Assembly: GCA_038087875.1 (NCBI GenBank)
Contig: CM075997.1
Span: 8,496,001 to 8,560,000, forward strand
DNA from: Malacoraja senta
Taxonomy: Eukaryota
Direction of reading: 5' to 3'
Length of the DNA stretch: 64,000 nt
Position numbers and translations under genes: made by a program. Positions 13,468 to 25,444 of this stretch are shown in pieces (the first letter of the stretch is position 1; each line of letters starts with the position of its first letter). The notes under the pieces were generated by a model. It worked only from the letters and a program-made list of their open reading frames with translations, was not told the origin of the DNA and made no database searches.

Positions 13468-13577
13468 GCACGGCTGCCTTGAGGAACACACGTCGCGGTT
13501 CTTGGTTTGTTCAAGCACTCATGCAGGATCTTGCATCACACGCTAAGAACATGCATGTGGCAGATATGTTAGTAAAG
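13468..13577 (+). CDS. CASP2: Internal exon of a caspase-2-like gene (small subunit)
   Basis: 110-bp exon with a pyrimidine-rich acceptor (ctctctctgaccccag) and donor AAG|gtatgt. It translates to (G)[36 protein letters not shown], matching caspase-2 GTAAMRNTKRGSWYIEAL...[10 protein letters not shown] as I recall it. Orthology versus paralogy is unresolved. Confidence 0.85.
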
Positions 13578-13611
13578 GTATGTCTCTCTCCCCCCTCTCT
13601 CTCCCCCCTCC

Positions 13612-14022
13612 TAGAAACATAGAAAAATAGGTGCAGGAGTAGGCCATTCGGCCTTTCGAGCCTGCACCACCATTCAATATGATCATGGCTGATCATCCAA
13701 CTCAGTATCCTGTACCTGCATTCTCTCCATACCCCCTGATCCCTTTAGCCACAAGGGCAACATCTAACTCCCTCTTAAATATAGCCAATGAACTGGCCTC
13801 AACTACATTCTGTGGCAGAGAATTCCAGAGATTCACTACTCTCTGTGTAAAAAATATTTTTCACATCTCAGTCATAAAAGATTTCCCCTTTATCCTTAAA
13901 CTGCGACCCCTTGTTCTGGACTTCCCCAACATCGGGAGCAATCTTCCTGCATCTAGCCTGTCCAACCCCTTAAGAATTTTGTAAGTTTCTATAAGATCCC
14001 CCCTCAATCTTCTAAATTCTAG
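13612..14022 (-). mobile_element. CR1 3' fragment
   Basis: Highly similar to 25-432. Confidence 0.92.
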
Positions 14023-14280
14023 CTCCTCCTCCCCCCCCTCTCTTCCCCCCTCTCACCCCATCTCTCCCCCCTCTCTCTACCCCCCTCTCCTCTCTCCCCT
14101 CCCTCTCTCTCTCTAACCTGTTTCTGCCCCTGTCTCACTAAATGTCTTGTTTACAATCTCTAGGGGAGGCTGAGAGCGGGGATGGGAGGAGAGGGGGAGT
14201 AGGGAGGGGAGGGGAGCGGAGGGAGGGGAAGGCAGATGATGGGAGGGAGGAGAAGGGAGAGAGCAGAGGGGAGGGGAGTA
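14023..14280. repeat. CT-rich tract (14023-14115) followed by a GA-rich tract (14164-14280)
   Basis: Base composition. Confidence 0.85.
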
Positions 14281-14484
14281 ATGTTACAGTGTTCAGTAAC
14301 TTGAGTTTTAAATCTCGGATCATTTTATATCTAAAGGTCACAGCTTGAAATATATTCTCCCTTCCCCCCCCCCTCACACACAGATCACAGAGACAGGGAG
14401 AGGGGGTGTAAGGGCCAGTGGGGAGGGGGTACATTGCCTGTTATCCCGTCAGCATAAAGACCCCTCTCTCCCCATCTGAGACCC

Positions 14485-14937
14485 GCGAGAAATTGCAGAG
14501 TTGTGGACGCAGCCCAGACCATCTCGCACGCAAACCAACCTCCCTTCCATCCACTCCATCTACACCTCACGCTGGCTCGGCAAGGCCAGCAGTATAATCA
14601 AGGACCAGTCCCACCCCGGTCCCTCCCTCTTCCCCTCTCTCCCATCGGGCAAGAGGTACAGAAGTGTGGAAACGCACACACCTCCAGATTCAGGGACAGT
14701 TTCTTCCCAGCTGTTATCAAGCAACTGAACCGTCCTCTCACCAACTCACCATCTACCTCATTGGAGACCCTCGGACTATCCTTAATCGGATTTTACCTTG
14801 CACTAAACGTTATTTTCTTTATCCTGTATCTGTACACTGTGGACGGCTCGATTGTAATCATGTATTGTCTTTCCGCTGACTGGATAGCACGCAACAAAGC
14901 TTTTCACTGTACCTCGGTACACGGGACAATAAACTAA
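14485..14937 (+). mobile_element. Rex1/Babar-like LINE 3' fragment
   Basis: HP...LPSGKRYRS...TSRFRDSFFPAVIKQLN parallels the C-terminus of ORF 23611-24750. It ends in caataaa. Confidence 0.75.
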
Positions 14938-14939
14938 AA

Positions 14940-15305
14940 AGATGCTTAGGAAGGAACTGCAGATGCTGGTTTAAACCAAAGAAAGACACAAGAGTGCTGG
15001 AGTAACTCAGCGGGGCAGGCAGCATTGTCAGAGTGAGGCCAAATGCAAATTGGAGGAACAGCATCCCATATTTTGCTTGGGCAGCTGATGGTGGTATGAA
15101 TATTGATTTATCACACTTCAGATAGCCCTGGCATTCCCTCTCTATCCCTCCCCCTCCCAAGTTGCACCAGCTTCTCGTTTTCACCCAACAGCCAGCTAAC
15201 AATATCTTATATCTCTCGTTTCCCTTATCCGTAACCATTCTGAAGAAAGGTCTCAACCCGAAAAAAGTCACCCTTTCCTTCTCTCCAGAGATGCTGCCTT
15301 TCCCA
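14940..15305. mobile_element. Penelope-like element fragments in inverted arrangement
   Basis: tgctggagtaactcagcgg pLTR motif, a GIY-YIG C-terminal remnant (ggaggaacagcatc...ggtatgaatattga) and a ctgaaga...gaaa motif at about 15240. Confidence 0.7.
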
Positions 15306-15308
15306 TGG

Positions 15309-16110
15309 AAACATAGAAAATAGGTGCAGGAGCAGGCCATTCAGCGCTTCGAGCCAGCACCGCCATTCATTGTGATCATGGCTGATCATCCACAATCAGT
15401 AACCCGTGCCTGCCTTCTCCCCATATCGCTTAATTCCGCTAGCCCCAAGAGCTCTAACTCTCTTTTGAATTCATCCAGTGAATTGGCCTCCACTACCTTC
15501 TGTGGCAGACAATTCCACAAATTTGCAACTCTCTGGGTGAAAAAGTTGTTCTCATCTCAGTTTTAAATGGCCTCCCCTTTATTCTTAGACTGTGGCCTCT
15601 GGTTCTGGACTCCCCCAACATTGGAACATTTTTCCTGCATCTAGCTTGTCCAGTCCTTCTATAATTGTATAAGTTTCTATAAGATATCCTCTCATCCTAA
15701 ATTCCAGTGAATACAAGCCCAGTTGTTCCAATCTTTCCTCATATGACAGACCCGCCATTCCGGGGATTAACCTGGTGAAACTACGCTGCATTGCCTCAAT
15801 AGCAAGGTTGTCCTTCCTCAAATTAGGAGACCAAAAACTGCACAAAATACTCTAGATGTGGTCTCACCAGGGCCCTGTACAACTGCAGAATGACCTCTTT
15901 ACTCCTATACTCAAATCCTCTTGTTATGAAGGCCAACATGCCATTAGCTTGTTCTTCACTGCCTGCTGTACCTGCATATTTACTTTCAGTGACTGGTGTA
16001 CAAGGACACCCAGGTCTCATTGCACTTCCCTTTTTCCTATTCTGACACCATTGAGATAATAATCTGCCTGCTTGTTCTTGCTGCCAAAGTGGATAACTTC
16101 ACATTTATGT
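15309..16110 (-). mobile_element. CR1 3' fragment
   Basis: ORFs 15585-16020 (ANGMLAFI, VRPHLEY, RLGLYSLE-like) and the CR1 tail. Confidence 0.9.
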
Positions 16111-16219
16111 ATGCTGATCCCGCCAGCTCTTCACATAATTATGCATCTGGTGGACAAAGCCCAATTTATCTTCTGTGGAATCGTACTGAACTCATTACCA
16201 GAGCAAATATGTTTAAGAT

Positions 16220-17690
16220 GAACTCCGGATGCTGGAAAATCGAAGGTAGACAAAAATGCTGGAGAAACTCAACGGATGAGGCAGCATCTATGGAGCGAAG
16301 GAAATAGGCAACGTTTCATGTCGAGACCCTTCTTCAGACTGATGTGAGGGTGGGGGGGGGGGCGGAAGAAGAAAGGAAGTGGCGGAGACAGTGTGCTGAG
16401 GGAGAACTGGGAAGGGGAGGAGAAAGCCGGGACTGCCTGAAATTAGAGAAGTCAATGTTCATACCCCTGGGGTGTAAACTGCCCAAGCGAAATATGAGGT
16501 GCTGCTCCTCCAATTTACAGTGGGCCTCAATCTGGCCATGGAGGAGGCCCAGGACAGAAAGGTCGGATTCTGAATGGGAGGGGGAGTTGAAGTGCTGGGA
16601 GATCCGGGAGATCAGGTTGGTTATTGCGAACCGAGCGGAGGTGTTGGGCGAAGCGATCGCCAAGCCTACGCTTGGTCTCACCCCTACTCCCAATTCCTCC
16701 GTCTACGCTGCATCTGCACCCAGGATGAGGTGTTACAAACCAGGGCATCGGAGATGTCCTCATTCTTTAGGGAAGGGGGGTTCCCCTCTTCGACTATAGA
16801 TGAGGCTCTCACCAGGGTCCCTTCTATATCGCGTAACTCTACTCTCACTCCCCACCCCCCCCCCCCCCACTCGTAACAAGGGCAGAGCCCCTTGTCCTCA
16901 CTTTCCACCCTAGCAGCCATCACATACAACAAATAATTCTCCGACATTTTCGCCACCTCCAACGGGATCCCACCACTGACCACATCTTCCCATCTTCTCC
17001 CCTGTCGGCTTTCCGCAGAGACCGCTCCCTCCGTAACTGCCTGGTCAATTCGTCCCTTCTCACCCAAACCACCCCCTTTCCTGGCACTTTCCTTAGCAAC
17101 CGCAGGAAATGCTACACTTGTCGCTCTACCTCCCCCCTTGACTCCATCCAACGACCCAAGCAGTCTTTCCAGGTGAGGCAGAGGTTCACCTGCATCTCCT
17201 CCAATCTCAACTATTGCATCCGTTGTTCCAGGTGTCAGCTGCTCTACATCGGTGAGACCAAGCATAGGCTTGGCGATCGCTTTGCCCAACACCTCCGCTC
17301 GGTTCGCAATAACCAACCTGATCTCCCGGTGGCTCAGCACTTCAACTCCCCCTCCCATTCCGAATCCAACCTTTCTGTTCTGGGCCTCCTCCATGGCCAG
17401 AGTGAGGCCCACCGTAAATTGGAGGAGCAGCACCTCATATTTTGCTTGGGCAGTTTACAACCCAGCGGTATGAACATTGACTTCTCTAATTTCAGGTAGC
17501 CCTTGCTTTCTCCCTCCTTCCCTTGATCTTCCCAGCTCTCCCACAGCCTAGTGTCTACGCCTGTTCCTTTCTTCTTCCCGTCCCCACCCTCACATCAGTC
17601 TGAAGAAGGGTCTCGACACGAAGCGTTGCCTATTTCCTTCGTTCCATAGATGCTGTCTCACCCGCTGAGTTTCTCCAGTATTTTTGTCTA
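16220..17690 (+). mobile_element. Penelope-like retroelement (Neptune type), 5'-truncated with an inverted upstream copy of its 3' end
   Basis: PYSQFLRLR RT thumb at about 16683, Cys-rich linker (NRRKCYTC), GIY-YIG ORF 17173-17499 (YCIRCSRC..LYIGET...RFAQH...VAQHFN...GMN). 16248-16682 is an inverted copy of about 17250-17690. Confidence 0.92.
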
Positions 17691-17719
17691 TGAGAGCAAA
17701 AATGGTCTGTTGATGGACA

Positions 17720-18110
17720 CAACAACAAAATAACGAGATGCTGGAAATCTGAAATAAAACTGGAAAACGTCAGAAATACTCTATGTCAGACAGCATCTGG
17801 AAAGGGAAATGGAGTTAAAAGTTCAGGCTGAAGACTTTTTGTCAGAACTCAGTAGCACTTGAAACCAACTCTTCCTTTTTCCATGAGCAACTTGGTTGGA
17901 TGACAGACACAAAAAGCTGGAGTAACTCAGCGGGTCAGACAGCATCTATGGAGAACATGGATAGGTGACGTTTCACAGAGTGCTGGAGTATCTTAGCGGG
18001 TCAGGCAGTATCTGTGGAGAAGGAATGCGTGATATTTCGGGTCGAGGCCCTTAAGACTGGTTAGGGGTAAGGGAAACGAGAGATATAGACAATGTACAGA
18101 GTTGAACAAT
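17720..18110 (-). mobile_element. Degenerate Penelope pLTR-derived fragments
   Basis: Repeated gctggagtaactcagcgggtcag.cagcatct motifs. Confidence 0.6.
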
Positions 18111-18506
18111 GAATGAAACAACTGATATTCTCCCTTTCCCCACTCTCTACACCCTCTCTCTCCTCCCCCTTCTCTCTCTCTCTCCCTCATCTCCCTGTCT
18201 CCCGTTGACCAACACAACCTTTGTTTTAATCGGACGAACAAAAGGTTTATTTTTTATTCCACGCGATTTTATATGTTTGATTTTCTACGAGCGTTTTTCA
18301 TCTTCCTAACGAAATGTTTCCTGACATTCCCTGCCATTTAAATCCGTGAGATTTGTATTAAAACATTGATTTCTGCTCTACATTGGGTATCTGAATGCTT
18401 ACTGCGGTCGAGAGAGAGACAGAGAAAAACACAGAGAGACGGAGAGAGAGAGAGACAGGGAGAGAGAGGGGGGAGGGTGTTCAACGTCCTCCAAAACTGA
18501 GAAACT

Positions 18507-18681
18507 TTGAGATACAGCTACAGCACGGAAGCAGGCCCTTCGGCCCACCGAGTCCGCGCTGACCAGCGATCCCCGCACACTAACACAATCCTACACACAC
18601 GGGACAATTTAACAATTTTTACCGAAGCCAATTAACCTACAAACCCGCACGTCTTTGGAGCATGGGAGAAAACCGGAACAC
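18507..18681 (-). mobile_element. HE1-like V-SINE, 3' part, cut by the gap
   Basis: Homologous to 32012-32200, with V-domain (gtgttccggttttctccca on the minus strand) and a CR1-type tail. Confidence 0.8.
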
Positions 18682-18881
18682 NNNNNNNNNNNNNNNNNNN
18701 NNNNNNNNNNNNNNNNNNNNNNNNNNNNNNNNNNNNNNNNNNNNNNNNNNNNNNNNNNNNNNNNNNNNNNNNNNNNNNNNNNNNNNNNNNNNNNNNNNNN
18801 NNNNNNNNNNNNNNNNNNNNNNNNNNNNNNNNNNNNNNNNNNNNNNNNNNNNNNNNNNNNNNNNNNNNNNNNNNNNNNNNN
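18682..18881. other. Assembly gap (200 N)
   Basis: Run of N; the true size is unknown. Confidence 1.
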
Positions 18882-19148
18882 AGCCTCAGAATTAAAGGAC
18901 GTTCTTTTAGGAAGGAGATGAAGGAGAACTTCTGTGCAAATCATTGGCACAGAAGGCTGTGGAGACCAAGTCAGTGGATATATTTAAGGCAGAGATAGAT
19001 AGATTGTTGATTAGTACGGATGTCAGGGTTTGTGGGAAGAAGGCAGGAGAATGGGGTTAGGAGGGAGAGATAGATCAGCCATGATTGAATGGTGGAGTAG
19101 ACTTGATGGGTTAAATGGCCTAATTATACTATCACATGATCTTATGAC
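18882..19148 (+). mobile_element. Old CR1 3' fragment
   Basis: cagaaggctgtggag...gatcagccatgattgaatgg CR1 3' end motifs. Confidence 0.75.
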
Positions 19149-19429
19149 TATCCAAATATCAGATAATGCCGTCCAATCAAGTCATACTCAAGTACAACAG
19201 GTAAAGCAAAGGGGAAGATACAGAGTGCAGAATGTAGTTCTCAGCATTGTAGCGCATCAGTTCCAGAGACAAAGTCCAATATCCGCAATGGGTAGAGGAG
19301 AATCGGACAGTACCCGAGCTTATGGAAGGAGCGTTAAGAAGCCTGATCACAGAGGGGAAGAAGCTTGGTGGCGCGCTTTCAAGCTTCTGTATCTTCAGCC
19401 GGACGGGAGAGGGGAGAAGAAGGAATGAA

Positions 19430-19760
19430 AGGCCGGCGGTCGGAGCGCTTCTGGCGATCCCCGGTCAGGGATCGCCCCGCTCCGCGATGTTAAAGTCCCG
19501 CCGCACCTGCTGCTGAAGCTCTGGGCCGGTCTCCGAGAAAGGCCGCACCAAACCAGTTGTTAGGCCGCGAGGGGGGCGAAATCGTATCTCCATCAAGGTA
19601 GGTACCTGAAAACGGTTTCCCTCCATCCCCCCAACACCCACCACACAAGACATACAGAGGAACACTAAAACATACTTTTGGACTTACTAAAAACAAACAA
19701 AAAAGGTCGAAACAACAAACCTGCTGCAGGCGAGGCAGCCGACTCGCAGCACCACCGGAG
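19430..19760 (-). mobile_element. Unclassified non-autonomous repeat, copy 1 (partial)
   Basis: Shares gaaaggccgcacc...gttagg...atctcc..aggta.gt...ggcgaggcagcc with 59142-59740 and 32455-33080. Confidence 0.6.
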
Positions 19761-19764
19761 GCAG

Positions 19765-20035
19765 AAGGTTCATCAGTCACTGAAAGTAGACATGCAGGTA
19801 AGGCAGGCAATGAAGAAAGCTGCATGTTGGTCTTCATTGCGTGAGAGTTTGAGCTTGGGAGCAAGGAGGTCCTACTGCAGTTGTGCAGGGCCTTAGTGAG
19901 ACCACACCTGGAGTATTGTGCGCAGTTTTGGTCTCCTAATTTGAGGAAGGACATTCTTGCTATTGAGGGAGTGCACCAGGTTAATTCCTGGCATGGCGGG
20001 ACTGACATATGATGAAAGAATCGGTCGACTGGGCG
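19765..20035 (+). mobile_element. CR1 ORF2 C-terminal fragment
   Basis: catcagtcactgaaagta...gtgagaccacacctggagtattgtg. Confidence 0.85.
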
Positions 20036-20044
20036 TGACTCCAG

Positions 20045-20845
20045 CAGCAGGTGGTCAAGGTGGGTGAAGCTCTTACCACAGAACGGGCAGGGGAAGGGAT
20101 GCTCGCCGCTGTGAGTAAGCTGGTGCTGTCACAGCCTTGCCACACTCAGCGCACACTAAGGGTCTCTCTCTGGTGTGTACCCGCTGGTTCTCCCGCAGCC
20201 TCCATGCGCTCTGGAAACGCTTGCTGCAGTGGGAGCAGCTGCTCGCCAGCTTGAGCCCGCCGGTGCTGCTGTCAAACGCCTCACCGCAGCGCGGCCACTG
20301 GTGTGCACGCGCTGGTGAGACAAGGCGTGGGAGGCCAATGGCAAAGCGCTCTCTACACACCGGGCTGAGGAAGGGACGGTCGCTGGCGTGCACCCGCTGG
20401 TGGGACAGCAGATAGGTGGAGCGCGTGAAGCCCTTGCCGCACTGGGCGCAGGTGAAAGGGCGCTCGCCAGTGTGGGTGCGCTGGTGCTGCAGCAGGCTGT
20501 CGGAGTGGGTGAAGCCCTTGCCGCAGTCGCTGCAGGTGTAGGGGCGCTCGCCGATGTGCAGGCGCCTGTGCACCTTCAGTTCCGGCGACGATTTAAAGCC
20601 GTTGCCGCAGGTGGAGCAGCTGAAGGGCCTCTCGCCGGAGTGCACGCGGTTGTGCTGCAGCAGGGTCACGTAGCGAGTGAAGTTCTTGCCGCACTCCGAG
20701 CAGTCGAAGGGGCGTTCTCCCGTGTGCACCCGCCGGTGGGTCTCCAGCAGCACTGGTGCTACCAGGCCTTGCCACACACGTCGCACTCATAACGCTTCTC
20801 CTTGTGCCCCGTCATGTGGTCCTTCACCGAAGCTCAGCCCCTCGA
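20045..20845 (-). pseudogene. Tandem C2H2 zinc-finger pseudogene
   Basis: ORF 20073-20786 has repeated C-x2-C...H-x3-H fingers with HTGERPF linkers. There is an in-frame TAG at 20759-20761 in the CDVCGKAW finger, plus frameshifts. Confidence 0.88.
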
Positions 20846-21044
20846 GGGGCAGAGTGGGGGGTCGAGATGTGTGGGGTGAGCGGCGGAGGGGGCGCCGATT
20901 ATCCGGACATTCGCCCTCACCCCCAATTCTTACCCTCCCGCACTTCCCGCCATTCCCTTCTCCCCCTTCAAGCACCAGTAATGTTCACGTGTTAGAAATG
21001 TCCTGTTTGCCAGCTTGTTGACCTTCTGTGTTCCCCTCCTGCAG

Positions 21045-21510
21045 GGTTTAGGAGCCGTTGCTGTGGACGGAGAGACGGAGACGTGAGCGGCCATTGAGGG
21101 CAGCCAGGGTGCCGGTGAGCCCCCCATCTGCTCAGTGTGCGGGCTGAGCTTCGAGCGGCTGAGCTTCGGTGGAGGACCACATGGCGGGGCACAACAAGGA
21201 GAAGTGTTATTAGTGCGACGTGTGTGGCAAGGCCTGGCAGTACCCGAGCCTGCTGGAGATCCACTGGCGGGTGCACACGGGAGAACGCCCCTTCGACTGC
21301 TCCGACTGCGGAAAGAGCTTGGCCCAGTCGTCGGGGCTGTGGGTGCACAACAGTGAGCGGCCCTTCACCTGCTCCGACTGCGCCAAAGGCTTCAAGTCAT
21401 CCACGGAACTAATGGTGCACAGGCGCCTGCACACCGGGGAGCAGCCCGACACCTGCAGTGACTGCGGCAAGGGCTTGACCCTCTCCACCAAGTTGCTGAC
21501 CCACCCTCCC
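21045..21510 (+). pseudogene. Tandem C2H2 zinc-finger pseudogene, paralog of 20045-20845 in opposite orientation
   Basis: Acceptor ttcccctcctgcag ends at 21044. Fingers CSVCGLSF, CDVCGKAW, CSDCGKSL follow, with TAG at 21211-21213, deletions, and truncation at about 21505. Confidence 0.85.
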
Positions 21511-23325
21511 AAGCCCTGTCTCACCAGCGCGTTCAAAGGCAGGGCAGGGGCATTCCCCATGGGGATTTGGGGGGTTGGAAGCAGTGTTCCCTCAAAGTTA
21601 CGCACGCGTTTTGAAACCAGCGCACACAGACAATTTATGTGCACACGAAGGATTTTGAAATTCGGAAAAAAAATCTCCGCTATAAAATGTCTCCACTATA
21701 AATGATAGCGGAGATTTTTTTTACTTCCGAATTTCAAAATCCGCGGCCCGATCCAGCACCGGGGACAGCTCCAGTCCGCTCTGGCATCCGGGAAATCCGA
21801 TCCGCGAGCGCCGCACCCGGTCCACCGGCACCCGGGGGTGGGCCAGGGCAGCCCTCCTCAATGATGGCGGAGCTGCTGGCAGGAACCCAGCGGTAAATGG
21901 ACGGGACTGGACCTTGGAGAGGAGGGGGGAAAGGGGGAGAAGGGTGGAGAGGGAATGGGGAAAGCAAAGGAGGAGAGGGAGGAGAGAGAGGGGGAGGAGG
22001 GAGGGAGGGGGAGGAGAGAGGGGAGAGGTCCAGGAGAGAGGGGGGAGAGGTGGAGGAGAGAGGGGGAGGAGAGAGGGAGGAGGGGTGGAGGAGAGGGGGA
22101 GGAGAGACTGGGGAGAGTTGGAGGAGAGGGGGGGAGGAGAGAGGGGGAGGGGGAGGACTTGTTACAGTGTTAAAATAAAGAACTCTTTCATTTGAAAAAT
22201 GAAAGCATTCAAGTCTGTATGTCATAGACACTACAATGTTACCTAAAATGTAGTAATTGATAATTATACAGTATATAATTTATACTTATTTGTAAAAATA
22301 GTAAGATTAAACGAGCTTACCAGTTTGAAGTTTGATCTTTATTTTATGAAGATTTACGATGAGGGATTACGTGAATAAAAGCCCGCCAGCCCGCATGCGC
22401 ATCAATCTCCAAAGCAGCGGTGTGAAATCACAGAACACAGTTGTTGAACTGAATATAGTAAGATTCGAGAAACTAGAACTACCAGCTGACCTTTATGAGA
22501 GGGGGTTGGGAGCGGAGGGCACGTAATCCCTCATCATAACTCCTCATAAAATAAAGATCAAACTTCAAACTCGTAAATTCTCGTTTAATCTTACTATTTT
22601 ACTTCGGAGTCACGTGAGTGACTACGTGAAGATTTTGAAGCTCTGTGAGTTCATGCCGTGGAAACGAGTCCATGCGTCACACACTGCATCAATTGACCAG
22701 GGATGAGTGAAATTTAATAAAGCATGACATAAATGTAAACATGCTGATACTTTTTAATGACGTAATGATAATCATAGTAATCCCACTCATCCAGGAGGAA
22801 TTAAAAACAGAACCTAAAAATAGAGTTGGCAAATACCCCCGGTCTGGCTATGGGTTTATTATAATACATTGGAAAATTCGCTTGTTTGACCCTCCTGCAG
22901 CTGCTAGGATGTGGTCCAGCGAAACATCCATAATCCTCGCTGCTGATGTAGTTGCAGCCCTGGTGGAGTGAGATTTGAAAACATCAGTGTTCACTTCTGC
23001 ACAAGCCAGAACCTGTTTTAACCACATGGGGATGGTCTATACTGATACCTACGTATGAGGTTTATTGTAACTAACAAACATTGCTAGTTCAGAGCCTCTA
23101 AGGCTCTAGGTGACATAATGACTGTTGTAGATGTGTGACCACACACACAACCAAAGGTCCATGGAGTATGCCATAAAACTAGTTTGAGACCTGTTGCCCC
23201 CGGTCTAATCTGCAAGACTAAGTCATGAACTTAAAGTATGATATTATTTGCAGATGTAACCATCCTGTCCATTCGTAGCTATGCAACGGATGGGCCTATT
23301 GCGCTGAAACGAGTGCCATGAGGAT

Positions 23326-25180
23326 CAAATCAAATCAAATCAACCTTTATTGTCATCTTGCAAGCAACAGTTGTACAGTGCAAAATGAAAAGACGTTTCC
23401 CAGGGGATACCGGAGCATCGCACATGAAATTTAAAACATCTCACACATAATAACACTAAAAACAATCCAGGGTCTGATGGAACAGTATAAATAGTTAAAA
23501 AGTAGGTAAAAACAACGTTAAATACAGTAAAACCAATCATAAACATGTCCGGGGCAGCTGCTTTGAGTGGCCAGTGCCAGTTATTGAAGTGTCCATGCCA
23601 AGCCGCAGAATCAGGTGACTGTGAGTACAGAGTGGCTGTTTACCAGCCTCACAGCATATGGCAGGAAGCTGTTTAGCAGTCTTGTAGTCCGGGCTTTGAT
23701 GCTGCGATATCTCTTGCCTGATGGCAGGAGATCCAGGTGTATGTGGAGGGGGTGCAGTTTGTCCTTAGCAATTCTCTGAGCTTTTTTCAGACAGCGGCTC
23801 TGGAACAGTTCTTGTACCGAGGGTAGGGAGACGCCAATGATCCTCTCTGCTCCCCTCACTACCCTCTGCAGAGCCTTCCTGTCCGAGAAGTTGCAGGTGG
23901 AGTACCACGTATTTATGCAGTACGTGAGTACAGACTCCACCGTACCCCTGTAGAAAGTCCTGAGGATGTTGGTGGGGAGTGAGGCCTGTTTTAGTTTCCT
24001 CAGGAAGTGCAGTCGCTGATGGGCCCGTTTGACGGTCCCAGTGGTGTTCCTGGACCAGGTGAGGCTGTCTGTAATTTGCACCCCGAGGAACTTTATGCTC
24101 TCCACTCTCTCCACTGTGGCGCCATTGATGTTAATGGGTGTATGCTTTGGCTGCACCCTCCAGAAGTCGACAACCATCTCCTTTGTTTTGTCGACATTTA
24201 ATTCCAGATTATTTTTGCCGCACCAGTCCACTAGTTGTTTTACTTCCTCCCTGTACATTGATTCATCATCTCCGCTGATGAGTCCCACCACTGTTGTGTC
24301 ATCCGCGAATTTTATGATCTTATTGTCCCTGAATCTGGCAGCACAGTCATGGGTGAGCAATGTGAACAACAGCGGGCTGAGCACACAGCCTTGAGGTGAG
24401 CCGGTGCTCAGCGTGATCGAGCCTGAAGTGTTCTTGCCAACACGGACTGACTGCGGTCTCTCTGTCAGAAAGTCCAAGATCCAGTGACACAGGGTGGTGT
24501 TGAGGCCCAGCAGGGTTAGTTTCTCCACAAGTCTCTGTGGGATGATGGTGTTAAACGCTGAGCTGAAGTCAATGTACAGGATTCTGGCGTATGTGTTTCT
24601 GTTTTCCAGATGCGTGAGCACTATGTGCAGCGTGGTAGAGATGGCATCCTCTGTAGAACGGTTGGGGCGATAGGCAAACTGGAGGGGGTCTAACGATGAG
24701 GGGAGGCTGGCAGTAATGTGGGGTTTCACCAGGCGTTCAAAACACTTCATTATTATTGGGGTCAGGGCAACAACTGGTTTCTTCGCTATGGGGATTATTG
24801 TACTCGTTTTGAGGCATGTGGGGACAATGGCTTGACTGAGGGAGATGCTAACTCCTCAGCACATTCCTTAAGCACACGTCCTGGGATGTTATCGGGTCCG
24901 ACTGCTTTCCACGGGTTGACCTTAGACAGGATTCTCCGTGTGTCCATCGGGTCTATGGTCAGGACTGGCTGGTCGGTTTGTAAGCAGGGGCTGGCTCTCT
25001 CCTTGGGTGTGGTGTGTGCTGCATCAAAACGAGCGAACAAGTTGTTCAGTTCATGTGGGAGAGAAGTATTTGTGTCAGTTACCTGCTGCCTTGCCTTGTA
25101 CCCCGTCAGTGTTTGGATTCCCTTCCACATCCTCCTGGTGACTCCTGTGTCACAGAGGTGTCTGTGGATTTTACAAAGAT
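23326..25180 (-). mobile_element. Rex1/Babar-clade LINE, 5'-truncated, uninterrupted 379-aa RT segment
   Basis: ORF 23611-24750 ([49 protein letters not shown]) and a (TTTGA)n tail at 23326-23342. Confidence 0.93.
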
Positions 25181-25444
25181 GACCGAGGACAGGGATTTTG
25201 CTGGAGCCCACCGGGGACGCAGCGTCAGCAGGACATTAACACCCCATATAACCATATAACCATATAACTCCGAGTACCTGGGCCTGGGGGAATTTGATAC
25301 GAGGATACCCTTCATAAATCTGGATATCAGAGGAAGTATGACGACAAGGCACTTCTGGCACAATTTATAGCACTATAACTCCATCTCTCGTGAAATATAG
25401 CTTTGAGAGGAATTCCAAGTCATCTGTTATACGTACCGTGTCAT

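Noticed and set aside
14281..14295. tgttacagtgtt after a GA-rich tract, as also at about 22160
   Set aside because: Only 12 bp are shared and downstream sequence does not align.
14120..14480. Acceptor-like sites as the terminal caspase exon
   Set aside because: Translations show no caspase similarity and run into low-complexity sequence.
18609..18950. ORFs spanning the N run
   Set aside because: Artefacts of the assembly gap.
21897..22195. Gly/Glu/Arg- and Pro/Ser-rich ORFs (also 61406-62071 and 3236-3679)
   Set aside because: They are translations of purine/pyrimidine low-complexity tracts.
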